A DNA stretch of 64,000 nt from Candidatus Poribacteria bacterium. GTDB lineage: Bacteria; Poribacteria; WGA-4E; PCPOR2b. This document shows, in pieces, positions 49,230 through 59,134 of the stretch (its first letter is position 1; each line of letters starts with the position of its first letter). The notes under the pieces were generated by a model. It made no database searches. It was not told where the DNA came from and saw only the letters and a list, made by a program, of their open reading frames with translations. The stretch lies in the NCBI GenBank assembly GCA_965208325.1, contig OZ242326.1, positions 2,208,001-2,272,000 on the forward strand, written 5' to 3'. The translations under genes and the position numbers were made by a program.

Positions 49230-50536
49230 ACATCACCCAATTTTCAATAGAGGAGGTTCGTTGTTTTGCGGAACGTCAGGAATTTGAAATTCGGCCGTTG
49301 ACCTTTTTGGTCGGAGAGAACAGTACCGGCAAGACTACTGCATTGGCATGTTTCCAAGCGTTAGCAGATTATTTGACGGAAGGGAAAGTAGATTTCGATT
49401 CAAATCCCTATTCAATGGGAATCTTTAAGGATATTGTGAGAATCAGCAGGAAAACGGAGAAGACGTTTAGGCTTGGGTTTGCCTTTAGAGACAAGCATGA
49501 AGATATTGAATGTGTCGTTGAATTTGTTAAAAAAAAGGGAGGGGATGAACCTGCTATCGGATCGGCAACAATAACTTTTACGGATGGCACTATCGTTTTG
49601 AACTCTGACGGTGAAGAGAAAGGAGGTTTGCCTTACACCTATTTTAATAAGGAACAAGATCGGTATCTCATAGGCGTTAATTCTGCTACTTTGGATAGCA
49701 ATTCTCCTTCTTTTCTTCTAAGTCGTTTTCGCCATAGAGGCAGCCGGGGCACCGAGGTAGAAAATGCCTTAGCTGACTATTTACATGAAAAGAAGGGAGG
49801 TTTGGGAGATTCATGGGAGATGGGAGGAAGTCCTGTATTTAGTATGTCACCGATTCGTTCTCAACCGAAACGAACGTATGACAAAATGAGGGAATTTGAT
49901 GATCCTGAGGGAAGCGATATTCCAATACGGTTAATGCGTATAAAGGCAACGAATAAAGACAAATGGGAATTTTTGAGAGCAAGGTTAGTCGAATTTGGTA
50001 AGAGTGCGGGACTATTTCACAACGTTGACGTAAGGAATTTTGGTAAGGCTATGGGCAACCCATTCAAACTCACAGTCAAGGTAAGGGGACCAAACTCCAA
50101 TGTCATTGATGTAGGCTATGGGGTCAGTCAAATTTTGCCGATTTTAGTGAACGTCTTCGATCAACCTGTCTCTCGGCAACGTATTTATAAAAGCGGCAGA
50201 ATTCCGTTCTTCCTATTACAACAGCCCGAAGTCCATCTGCACCCGAGAGCACAGGCAGAACTATCGTCCCTTCTAGCGGCATCGGCAAGCGAGGGAAATC
50301 GGACATTTATCATTGAAACACACAGTGACTACATGGTTGACCGGGCGCGCGTAGAAATCCGGAAGGGCACCATCCGCCCTGAAGATGTGTCGCTTATATA
50401 TTTGGAACCAAAGGGCAATGTTGTCAAGGTGCATAACATCTGTTTTGATAACATGGGTAATATGGAAAAGGTACCGCCGCACTACAGAGAGTTTTTCCTG
50501 AAAGAAACCAAGCGGCTCATGGGTTTTGAGGATTAA
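49226..50536 (+). CDS. ABC-type AAA_15/AAA_21 ATPase with DUF3696-like C-terminus
   Basis: PLTFLVGENSTGKT Walker A, DVGYGVSQILP signature, QPEVHLHPRAQ, IETHSDY H-loop. Confidence 0.88.
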   Translation: MNITQFSIEEVRCFAERQEFEIRPLTFLVGENSTGKTTALACFQALADYLTEGKVDFDSNPYSMGIFKDIVRISRKTEKTFRLGFAFRDKHEDIECVVEFVKKKGGDEPAIGSATITFTDGTIVLNSDGEEKGGLPYTYFNKEQDRYLIGVNSATLDSNSPSFLLSRFRHRGSRGTEVENALADYLHEKKGGLGDSWEMGGSPVFSMSPIRSQPKRTYDKMREFDDPEGSDIPIRLMRIKATNKDKWEFLRARLVEFGKSAGLFHNVDVRNFGKAMGNPFKLTVKVRGPNSNVIDVGYGVSQILPILVNVFDQPVSRQRIYKSGRIPFFLLQQPEVHLHPRAQAELSSLLAASASEGNRTFIIETHSDYMVDRARVEIRKGTIRPEDVSLIYLEPKGNVVKVHNICFDNMGNMEKVPPHYREFFLKETKRLMGFED

Positions 50537-50539
50537 GCA

Positions 50540-51085
50540 GTGTGCATAATCTTAGATGTCAATAGTTTCAGTAATTTTAGGAACGCAGATAATGAAGATT
50601 TGGAACCCGTGCGGAATTGGTTGGAGCGCGAAAGCGGAAAAATTGTTTATTCTTCTACTGAGAAATTTCGGTGTGAATGGGAAGCAGGAGGCGGGTACGA
50701 GTTGATGATAAGTCTACTATATCCGGGGTCAAGTCCTTCCTCTTCCATTAGGATGGACTGGGAACAGACAATCATTGAACTGCGAAGGATGGGCAAATTG
50801 AAATTAGTCTCAGCTGACCATGTGCAAGCAAAAGCGGAGGCATTAGAACAATCGGGCGAACTTAGGTCCGACGACCCTCACATCATCGCTGTAGCTATGA
50901 TTGCGAGCGTGAAAGTATTAGTCGTCCAACACCTCCCTAACACGCCAAGAAAAGGAGGACGAAGAGGGGCAAGAGCGGCTGATCCAGCATTGCAGGCAGA
51001 CTTTAAGGACCGCAATCTTGTTGGCGGTAAAGTTTATTCTACAAAAAGCCATTCACACCTGCTTCGTAGAGATACTTGTCCCTAA
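50540..51085 (+). CDS. PIN-like domain protein
   Basis: N-terminal IILDVN and SDDPHIIAVA; starts 3 nt after the ATPase stop. Confidence 0.6.
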   Translation: MCIILDVNSFSNFRNADNEDLEPVRNWLERESGKIVYSSTEKFRCEWEAGGGYELMISLLYPGSSPSSSIRMDWEQTIIELRRMGKLKLVSADHVQAKAEALEQSGELRSDDPHIIAVAMIASVKVLVVQHLPNTPRKGGRRGARAADPALQADFKDRNLVGGKVYSTKSHSHLLRRDTCP

Positions 51086-51314
51086 CCGTATATGACAATC
51101 CTTACCACGAGACTTCCCCTAAACCTATTGAAAACATCATTGACCGCGACTAGATAGCGTTCACGCAGCGATCCAAACAAGTATACTATGGATAGCATTT
51201 CCCAGATATTTTCTATAGTTAGTTACGCTTGTGCATGGGTATTGTGACAGAAGTATTACACAATTTCATAACATCTGTGAATCTTGATCTAATTCAGTTT
51301 CACTACCAAAAAAG

Positions 51315-52574
51315 ATGCCGATAAAGAATATCACAGTTTTCTCAATCATATGCTTGCTGCTTTATGGCAGTGTATCAGTCGCCGCTGCTTCGGATTGGCC
51401 GCAGTGGCGCGGTCCCAATCGCGACGGGATTTCCCAAGAAGTTGGGCTTCTCAAAAAGTGGCCGGACGGAGGTCCCAAAGTCCTTTGGAGAGTTTCACTT
51501 GGCGAGGGATTTTCCGGGATTTCCGTCGCTGACGGTCGTGTCTACACGATGTTCTCGGACGCAGAAGATGAGTTCGTCGTTTGTCTCGATGCCGCAAATG
51601 GCGAAGAGATCTGGCGGTTTCGTACCGACAAAACATTCTATGAGTACGAAGGCGGCAATGGACCTCGTGCAACTCCGACAATCGACGGGGAGTTCCTCTT
51701 CACGGTATCCGCGCAGGGCAAATTCTATGCGTTGCATAGTGTAAATGGAGTAAAGGTCTGGTCTTACGATCTGATTAAAGATTTCAGCGGCTACATGCCC
51801 AGGTGGGGGTTCAGTTCTTCACCGTTGGTGGAAGGCAATCAGCTATTCGTAGAGGTCGGCGGCGTCAATGGAAAATTTATCGTGGCTTTTGATAAGAAGA
51901 ATGGCGACGTCCTCTGGAGTTCCCACACAGACAAACTGGGATACGCCTCGCCGATTGCTGTTACAATTGGCGGGATACGGCAACTCATTGTCTTCGCGGG
52001 GCATCGGTTGCTCTCATTATCAACCGATAACGGAGAGTTGCTTTGGAGTTTCCCGTGGCGGACGGGACGGTATGATGTTCACGCGGCAACTCCCATTTTC
52101 ATTCCACCGGACAAGATCTACATCTCATCGGCGTACGGAAAGGGAGCCGCAGTCGTACAGGTCAAGGTAACGGATTCTACCGAATCTAGTGCTCGGAACA
52201 AAATCGAGGTCGAAGAGGTGTGGAAAAATGAGAGAATGCAGAACCGGTTGGCTACGTCGATTTTGTACGACAATCACCTTTACGGCTTTCACAGGACTAT
52301 TTTGAAATGTATTGATGCCAATACCGGCGTAGAAAAATGGAAAACTCGCGGATTCGGTGAAGGCACGCTCATGCTTGCAGACGGACACTTGATTATTCTC
52401 GGCGACCGCGGCAAGTTGGGTTTGGTAGAGGCGACACCCGCCGTTTATCGTGAGGCAGCGAGCGCAGAGGTGCTGAGCGGACTCTGTTGGACGGTGCCGA
52501 CACTTGCGAACGGCAGGCTCTATGCTCGAAATGAGAAAGAGATGGTCTGTTTAGACATGACAGGCAGAAATTAG
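51315..52574 (+). CDS. Secreted PQQ-binding-like beta-propeller protein
   Basis: Signal peptide, DWPQWRGPNRDG, repeated LDA.NG.E.W blades, GPRATP, WTVPTLANGRLYAR. Confidence 0.9.
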   Translation: MPIKNITVFSIICLLLYGSVSVAAASDWPQWRGPNRDGISQEVGLLKKWPDGGPKVLWRVSLGEGFSGISVADGRVYTMFSDAEDEFVVCLDAANGEEIWRFRTDKTFYEYEGGNGPRATPTIDGEFLFTVSAQGKFYALHSVNGVKVWSYDLIKDFSGYMPRWGFSSSPLVEGNQLFVEVGGVNGKFIVAFDKKNGDVLWSSHTDKLGYASPIAVTIGGIRQLIVFAGHRLLSLSTDNGELLWSFPWRTGRYDVHAATPIFIPPDKIYISSAYGKGAAVVQVKVTDSTESSARNKIEVEEVWKNERMQNRLATSILYDNHLYGFHRTILKCIDANTGVEKWKTRGFGEGTLMLADGHLIILGDRGKLGLVEATPAVYREAASAEVLSGLCWTVPTLANGRLYARNEKEMVCLDMTGRN

Positions 52575-52727
52575 GGAATGACCGATAAAACCAGGCTATT
52601 TTTTTTGGGGGAAAGCAAAAGGGTTATAATGTTCTAAGGAAAAAACTTGGTGATGAAGCCAGTACGCGGGATAAGAACGGCTATAGAAAATTAGGCATAA
52701 TGCGGCAAAAACAGGGGAGAACGACTC

Positions 52728-53945
52728 ATGAAATTAAGAAACAAGCGCCGCTATATCGCGCTTGGCGGTCTATTGATGTTAATCGGAATGGTGGCGGTTA
52801 GCGTTTTTATGCCTAGCGTTGAAGAAGATGTGGTATTCCGAATTCCGGATTGGAAAGTCAAATCGGTTTATGCGAATGATGAAGACACCCGCCTGATAAC
52901 TGGAGATATTCCCATCGGTGTTGTCGTGGCGCTGACCGGGAAACATGCTGAAGCGTACGGTTTCGCTATGCAACGCGGTTTTGAATTGGCTCGCGAGGAG
53001 ATTAACAACGCCGGTGATGTAAATCTCACGTTTATCACTGTGGATGATCGGAGCAGTGTGGACGGGGCAAAGGAGGCTGTACGGCACTTGGCAGACCAAG
53101 GGGTATCTGCCATCGTCGGACTCGCAATCTCGACGCACCTAAAAGAGGCGGCTCCGATCGCGCAGCAGAATAGAATCATCGCCTTTAGCTCGGTCTCCTC
53201 CGCTGCCGGTTTGAGCGCGATCGGGGATTTTATCTTCCGCACTAGTCTCGCCACAAATATCAGCATTCCCAGCGGTTTGGCCGCAACTCAGCAGAAACTC
53301 GGCTATAAAAAAGTAGCATTGATATATGATGAAATCGATGTCTACTCCATAAATAGCAATGAAGTGTTAAGGAGAGCACTTGAAGCAAACGGAGTCGAGA
53401 TTCTAATCACGGAAACCTTCCAAACCGGCGATACCGATTTGACCCGGCAATTGACCAATATAGTAGCGGCAAAACCGGACGCCCTCTTTGTCTCCGCGCT
53501 GTCACAAGAAATAGCACAGACTGTCGCGCAAACTTCCGAGGTAGGTGTTCCCGATAGTATCGACATTATTGTCCCTGATTTAACCATGAATGAAGTGCGA
53601 AAGGCGGGCGATGCCGCTGAAGGCGCCATAGGTTTTATCGGATGGTCTACCATGTCTGACGCCCGAGGAAACCAATCGTTTGTTCAAAATTATCGGGCGA
53701 AATATGGTATCCAGCCCGAACCGTGGGCGGCACAATCGTATGCAACCCTTTATGTGCTCGCTAACGCAATTAAAATTGCGCAATCGTCGGATGCCGCCGC
53801 CATTCGGGACGCACTTGCACAAACGAAGGATTTCCCGACAATTTTGGGCAAATCAGGCGCGTTCTCATTCAATCCTGACGGAGACGCACTGTATGACCAA
53901 ATTATAATGGTCGTCAAGGACGGAGAACTTCAGTTCTTTGAATAA
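52728..53945 (+). CDS. ABC transporter substrate-binding protein, LivJ/LivK-like
   Basis: IGVVVALTG, GFELAREEIN, GDFIFRT, AAQSYA, AIRDALA. Confidence 0.88.
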   Translation: MKLRNKRRYIALGGLLMLIGMVAVSVFMPSVEEDVVFRIPDWKVKSVYANDEDTRLITGDIPIGVVVALTGKHAEAYGFAMQRGFELAREEINNAGDVNLTFITVDDRSSVDGAKEAVRHLADQGVSAIVGLAISTHLKEAAPIAQQNRIIAFSSVSSAAGLSAIGDFIFRTSLATNISIPSGLAATQQKLGYKKVALIYDEIDVYSINSNEVLRRALEANGVEILITETFQTGDTDLTRQLTNIVAAKPDALFVSALSQEIAQTVAQTSEVGVPDSIDIIVPDLTMNEVRKAGDAAEGAIGFIGWSTMSDARGNQSFVQNYRAKYGIQPEPWAAQSYATLYVLANAIKIAQSSDAAAIRDALAQTKDFPTILGKSGAFSFNPDGDALYDQIIMVVKDGELQFFE

Positions 53946-54110
53946 TCGGCAGCAAAGACGTATGTTGAATCCGCATTCAGTATCACTTTGCCGCTATTGT
54001 CAAAGCGGAGCCGGTAGACGCCGTGGCAATTCGAGACGCGTCGGCATTACCCCATTGACACTCCTACCTGGCACAATTCGTTTCGTTTTGAACTTAAGCG
54101 TGTGGTTTTT

Positions 54111-54344
54111 GTAGGTTGGGTAGAGCGGGTAATTACAATACCGTTCTTAAGGAAAAACAAGGTACGGGGAACTCTCGTCGCGCTTGCCGAGATTCATGTA
54201 GCGAAACCCAACGCTTTTCTGTCGGCCAGAGGTTTGAAAAGCGTTGGGTTTCGCTTTAGGCATACAAGTCCTGAACTCAATCGGCAAACTATATTTATGC
54301 TGCATAGTTCACATGTTTCATAAAATCCGCTCTACCCAACCTAC
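54111..54344. repeat. REPIN-like element (GTAG REP doublet), divergent copy
   Basis: gtaggttgggtagagcgg ... aaacccaacgctttt ... aaaagcgttgggttt ... ccgctctacccaacctac. Confidence 0.85.
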
Positions 54345-54508
54345 AAGAGTTGCCGATACAATTCTCAGATGTGACGGTACGCCGGTGATGGTCGTAAAAT
54401 GAATTCGCAAGGTAACCAAAAGGTAACCGAAAAAAAGATCTGTTTCGACAACAAAAATTGGCCGCCGCAAAACAATTTTACCAAGCGATTAATTGAGCGA
54501 TGGTTCTT

Positions 54509-54772
54509 GTAGGTTGGGTTGAGCGGATAAATCAAAAAATGTAAAAATGGCAGGTGTTTGACCGGAACATCAAACGACCCCTTTACCAAAATTGATGTAG
54601 CGTAACCCAACGCTTTTCAAATCACCCAGCGGCTACTGAATGCTCAAAAACATTTGAAATAACCAAAAAGCGTTGGGTTCGCTAAATTCAAACATCCTCT
54701 ATACAACATCAAATCCCGAAATCCATTTGACATATTTCGTCCATTTCACTTGCTCCGCTTAACCCAACCTAC
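54509..54772. repeat. REPIN-like element (GTAG REP doublet)
   Basis: Same ends and internal inverted repeat as 48741-49003. Confidence 0.85.
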
Positions 54773-54998
54773 AAAAACCGGGAATCGGATTAGGTCATCT
54801 ATCGAAAGCGTGAGATTTTTATGAACCGTGTGCAATCAGCCGATTAACTGGCGAGAAACCAGATGGTTAGTTTAGCATTGAACTTAAGCATCTAGCTATG
54901 CTAGAATGCGTAGCAGAGGTTAGGAGAGGAGATAGTCAATCAGGGCATGATGTATCTATCTCGTTTTTGCGCAAGAATTCTAAAGGGGAGGATTCCTA

Positions 54999-55763
54999 AT
55001 GAGGAGGATAGCTTACTGCTTCATTGCGATTACTGTATTTGTCTGCCTGATTTCCGTTAAAGCTCCGGCTGACCTTGTTGACGGACTGGTTGCCGCGTGG
55101 TTGCTCGATGAGGGAAAAGGGGCTGTTATGAAAGATGCTGTCGGTGACCACGACGGCGAAATTGATGGCGGGGAATGGACTGATGACGCCAAGAGCGGAA
55201 AGTCTGCCTATCGGCTTGCGGGTCAAACGCTCATTACGGTTAAAAATTCGAAGGACATTGATATCCTAAAGGACGGGTTTACGATCGCCCACTGGATTAA
55301 CCCCAAACAGGGCGGCGCGATTATGGATAAATCGGGGGATGACGGTTCGAGAATCCAGTGGTACATCCTTGGCGACAAACGCCATCATTGGGGCATCGGC
55401 GGGGCATGGGGGTTCTCGGACGGCAATCCAGTTCCCAATTTTAACGAATGGTATCACTTCGCATGGTCACACGAACCAGATGAAGCGAGCATTGTCTATC
55501 GTGACGGGGAGGAAGTCGGCATGAACCGCCTCGGGGCAGTGCCGGAGACTGGGAGAGACATGCACTTTGGCAACCGGTTGCCTTGGGAGGGCCGGCAAGA
55601 ATGGTTCAATGGGATATTGGACGATATCGGTTTCTGGAATCGACCATTATCCGAGGCTGAGGTCAATGAACTCATAGACAAGGGGCTGCCAAATTTCCTC
55701 GCCGTCTCGCCACAAGGCAAATTAGCAACAACGTGGGCAACACTGAAAACTCGCCTAAATTAG
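54999..55763 (+). CDS. Secreted LamG-like jellyroll protein, close paralog of 47841..48605
   Basis: Same length (254 aa), colinear, long identical blocks; tail VSPQGKLATTWATLK. Confidence 0.85.
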   Translation: MRRIAYCFIAITVFVCLISVKAPADLVDGLVAAWLLDEGKGAVMKDAVGDHDGEIDGGEWTDDAKSGKSAYRLAGQTLITVKNSKDIDILKDGFTIAHWINPKQGGAIMDKSGDDGSRIQWYILGDKRHHWGIGGAWGFSDGNPVPNFNEWYHFAWSHEPDEASIVYRDGEEVGMNRLGAVPETGRDMHFGNRLPWEGRQEWFNGILDDIGFWNRPLSEAEVNELIDKGLPNFLAVSPQGKLATTWATLKTRLN

Positions 55764-55820
55764 CGAATCTGCAGCGTTTTTACATATTTTCGTAACCTGG
55801 CAACTTTGCCGGGATGTTTT

Positions 55821-56072
55821 AGAACCTGTTTGAAAAATAGGTGACATAGCCATTCTTGCGCGTTTGAGTTGCTATAACCGGTGGAACTTCTATTGTGCGG
55901 GATTTGCTATCGCCTTCGCTATTCGCTCAGTTGATTCTATTCGGTCGCTTGATTCCACCAAATACCTTACTCCAGCATTGGGCGGGGCAAGATGCCCCGC
56001 CTACGGAAGGCAGTAGGGTGCTATACACCTGCAGCCCTCGGGGCTGTTTAAAATGAGTTTCAAACAAGTTCT
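55821..56072. mobile_element. MITE-like element containing a REP
   Basis: Terminal inverted repeats agaacctgtttgaaa / tttcaaacaagttct (14 of 15 match); internal ggcggggcaagatgccccgcctac is a reverse GTAG REP. Confidence 0.5.
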
Positions 56073-56386
56073 TAAGGAGGATGTGAAAAAGGACCAAACG
56101 CAACCCAACAGGTGTGTTTCGGAAACTTATACTCCAATCCAAGAAATAGTGTTTGGGGTGCAAACGAGAGAGGGGGTGAGTTGCGCTTTCGCAAAGCGTT
56201 GAGGTGCCGTGGCAGATATAACCTTGCGCTATTCAGATTTGGACATTTGATCACGTATTAACTTATGAATTCCAAACCCGAACATTATTGTGAAGGGATT
56301 TTACAGATTCTAGGTTGTTCGGTGGTTCTGCCGGTTTTTGGTAAGATAATTTGCACGAAAAAATGCTTTGAATAGGGAGGCTTGAC

Positions 56387-57163
56387 ATGTATAGATTTTT
56401 CATTAAACACGCTTTTTATTTGATTGCCCTAATAGCCATGATTGCCAATTCGGCGGCTTTCGCGGCGATAGATGGCAATTTGGTGGCATACTGGGGTTGT
56501 GATGAGGGCTCTGGAAATACCCTCAACGATAGCGCCGGGGGACATACCGGTATGCTGTCTGCGGGCATTGCGTTTGTAGACGACACTGCCTCTAACTCTG
56601 GTACGGCGTTGGATTTTACGGCGGGCGGCGATCCCTTGATTACTGTGGAAGATGCGCCCGACCTCAATAACTGGGATCCTGGGTTCACTGTTGCCATGTG
56701 GATTTGTCCTCGCGGCGGCGGTTCACTGATGGATAAGTCGGAGAGCGATGCTGTTAGAGTCCAATGGTATGTCCTGGGCGACCAACGCATGCATTGGGGT
56801 CATGGCGGCTCGTGGGGTTTCTCTGACGACATGCACTTTCCTGCTTTTGGTGAATGGCATCATGTTGCCTGGACACACGACATGGCGCAGAGCGTTGTGT
56901 ATATCGACGGCAATGTGGCGGGCACCACTGAATTCGAGGGGCCAATACCCGACACCACGGGAGCCGTGTTATACTTCGGCAACCGCCTAGTCCACGAAGG
57001 GCGGTCGGAATGGTACAACGGCAAGATGGATGAAATCGGCTTATGGAACCGCGCACTATCCGCCGATGAAATCGGAGCGCTTGCCGGTGGCGAAATTCCC
57101 ACGGCGGTCTTGCCGCAGGATAAACTCGCGACGACATGGGCGGACCTTAAATCTCACGATTAG
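56387..57163 (+). CDS. Secreted LamG-like jellyroll protein
   Basis: Signal peptide, LVAYWGCDEG, FTVAMW, WHHVAW, YNGKMDEIGLWNRALS, tail VLPQDKLATTWADLK. Confidence 0.85.
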   Translation: MYRFFIKHAFYLIALIAMIANSAAFAAIDGNLVAYWGCDEGSGNTLNDSAGGHTGMLSAGIAFVDDTASNSGTALDFTAGGDPLITVEDAPDLNNWDPGFTVAMWICPRGGGSLMDKSESDAVRVQWYVLGDQRMHWGHGGSWGFSDDMHFPAFGEWHHVAWTHDMAQSVVYIDGNVAGTTEFEGPIPDTTGAVLYFGNRLVHEGRSEWYNGKMDEIGLWNRALSADEIGALAGGEIPTAVLPQDKLATTWADLKSHD

Positions 57164-57336
57164 TCCGTGAGGTGTATTTGCGAAGGTTTGCACGCAGTTT
57201 GAAGTTTAAATAAACTACCGGGGCAAATTTCAGATAAAGGAACTCAATTCAAATCCTATATCTGGGATTTGCTTTTTTTTTTAGCGATGCACGAATTTGG
57301 AGGCAAAAAACGCGGGAGAAATGCTAATCGAAAGGT

Positions 57337-58683
57337 CTATAGTTGCTTTGCTGCTTTAAATTTTTGGGTTGCGAACTGACGCCACTCTTTGAGTTTGGTA
57401 TTGCGGTAATCCGGCTTTTGCCATTCGTTTTGGGCAATTCGCATGGCTTCTTCTTCCGAAAGTGGTATTTCGGCGAGTTTTCTGATTGCCGCCTGCCGTT
57501 TTTCCATATCTTTCGTTTTATTAATCGTTTTCCACGCATTGACCAAATCTTTGTGCGGATCAATTACGAGCGCGCCGATAAGATCGCTCACAATGTCCCA
57601 ACGCTTCCCACCCTTCTCTGCATTATATCGAATTGGCGTCAGATTTAGTTCAAACGGATTCGATACGGCGCAGCGTTCACCGAGTTCATCGTAGAGGGTA
57701 GGAATCACGCTGCAGCGGTTTAATTCAAACTCCTTGGGACCGTCGGGATCGGTAATAGGCAACATCCATAGCTTTTGCCCTTCATCCGAAAGCACAAACT
57801 CGATGAACTGTTGAGCCGCTTCCAAATTCGGCGCACCCTTCAGTATCGCTATGGAATCGGGGCCCACAACGGCTGCATCCGACGGCACGATATATCCGAT
57901 TGCATCCGCTCCAATTACAGCAATCTCCGCATAGGCGTAAAAATCTATTGCCATTCCATAGATAACTTGCCCCGACGTAACATCTCTGGGAATCCTGCTT
58001 GAGGCAGCGGGGAACATTCTGACATTTGCGCCCAATTGCGTAATTAATGCAAACCCTTTTTCCCAACCGTAGCCCTGAAGGATGATTTCGTACATCATGT
58101 GCGCGCTTCCGCTTTCGCGCGGGTCTGCCGCGCCCACACGGCCAATCAATTCGGGGCGCGTCAAATCTTTCCATGTTCTGACTTCGGGCAAGCCGAGACG
58201 TTGACGAAGGTTTTCATTGTACATAATCCCGAAACTTGATAGCGCTGTGCCGTACCATCGAAATTCCGTATCATAGACGGGAATCCCATAGAACTCTTTA
58301 GGGATTCTATGCAATTGTTCGGCAGGAAGTTTGTACGGAAGCAGCAGACCTCTATCGGCAAGCTTGAGGTAATTATCCGTCCCTCCCCCAAAAAAAAGAT
58401 CGATGCCGATGCCTTCAGGAAGGCGCTGAAATTCGGATTCGATAAATCGAAAATTGGACGATGTCCCGCCTGAATCTATCCAATCAAGAGTAATCTGCCT
58501 TCCAATTTTGTTTTCGTACCATGTCCTGAAACTCCTGCTAAATTCCGTTTCGATGCCTTCCCAGTGCGGGGAAATAATCACTAGATTGTCCTGGGCAGTC
58601 GCGGCTTCGGTCCAGCAAAGGATAACGGTGAAACTGAAGAATAGAATTACCGCACAGATTGGGGCGCAGTTTTGCGTTCGCAT
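57337..58683 (-). CDS. ABC transporter substrate-binding protein, Fe(III)/thiamine-like
   Basis: Signal peptide, LVIISPH, IDLFFGGG, ADPRESGSA, IAILKGAPNLEAA..FIEFVLS.EGQ. Confidence 0.88.
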   Translation of the reverse strand: MRTQNCAPICAVILFFSFTVILCWTEAATAQDNLVIISPHWEGIETEFSRSFRTWYENKIGRQITLDWIDSGGTSSNFRFIESEFQRLPEGIGIDLFFGGGTDNYLKLADRGLLLPYKLPAEQLHRIPKEFYGIPVYDTEFRWYGTALSSFGIMYNENLRQRLGLPEVRTWKDLTRPELIGRVGAADPRESGSAHMMYEIILQGYGWEKGFALITQLGANVRMFPAASSRIPRDVTSGQVIYGMAIDFYAYAEIAVIGADAIGYIVPSDAAVVGPDSIAILKGAPNLEAAQQFIEFVLSDEGQKLWMLPITDPDGPKEFELNRCSVIPTLYDELGERCAVSNPFELNLTPIRYNAEKGGKRWDIVSDLIGALVIDPHKDLVNAWKTINKTKDMEKRQAAIRKLAEIPLSEEEAMRIAQNEWQKPDYRNTKLKEWRQFATQKFKAAKQL

Positions 58684-59134
58684 AGGCAAATCCTTATGTT
58701 AAAGACGTTGAAAACAACGGATAGAAAAACCGGTGAGATAATCAGAAGGGTAAATGGCGGGTGATTGTAGGCATTTGCCACATCAACACCAAAATCACGG
58801 AGAGAAGAATCAGATACCATACAACTCGCTTCCATGATCCACGTCTTCTACCTTGGTCAAGGCGGTTTGAAATCTTCATGGTGTCGTGCCTGCTGTGTTT
58901 CGAAAAGTAAAGTTCTTCATAAGATTATGCGCCGCTAATTTAGGTGCAAAATGTCAATCCTTGGCTTTGAACATTTGGGACGCAACCATGCCAAACTCAA
59001 CTTGCGTCACAATAGAACACCGCCGCAACTTGCCGACTACGTTTTTTACGGCTGCGGATCTGATAAAGAACTAATACGCTATCTCACCGGATTGGATGTG
59101 CAAAACCAAATATTTTGACATTGTGTGATAACTG

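Noticed and set aside
54102..54610. Short ORFs 54102..54323 and 54365..54610
   Set aside because: They fall within repeat elements and have no protein-like features.
48741..54772. CRISPR array
   Set aside because: The repeats are inverted, dispersed and irregularly spaced, with no direct repeat-spacer periodicity and no cas genes.
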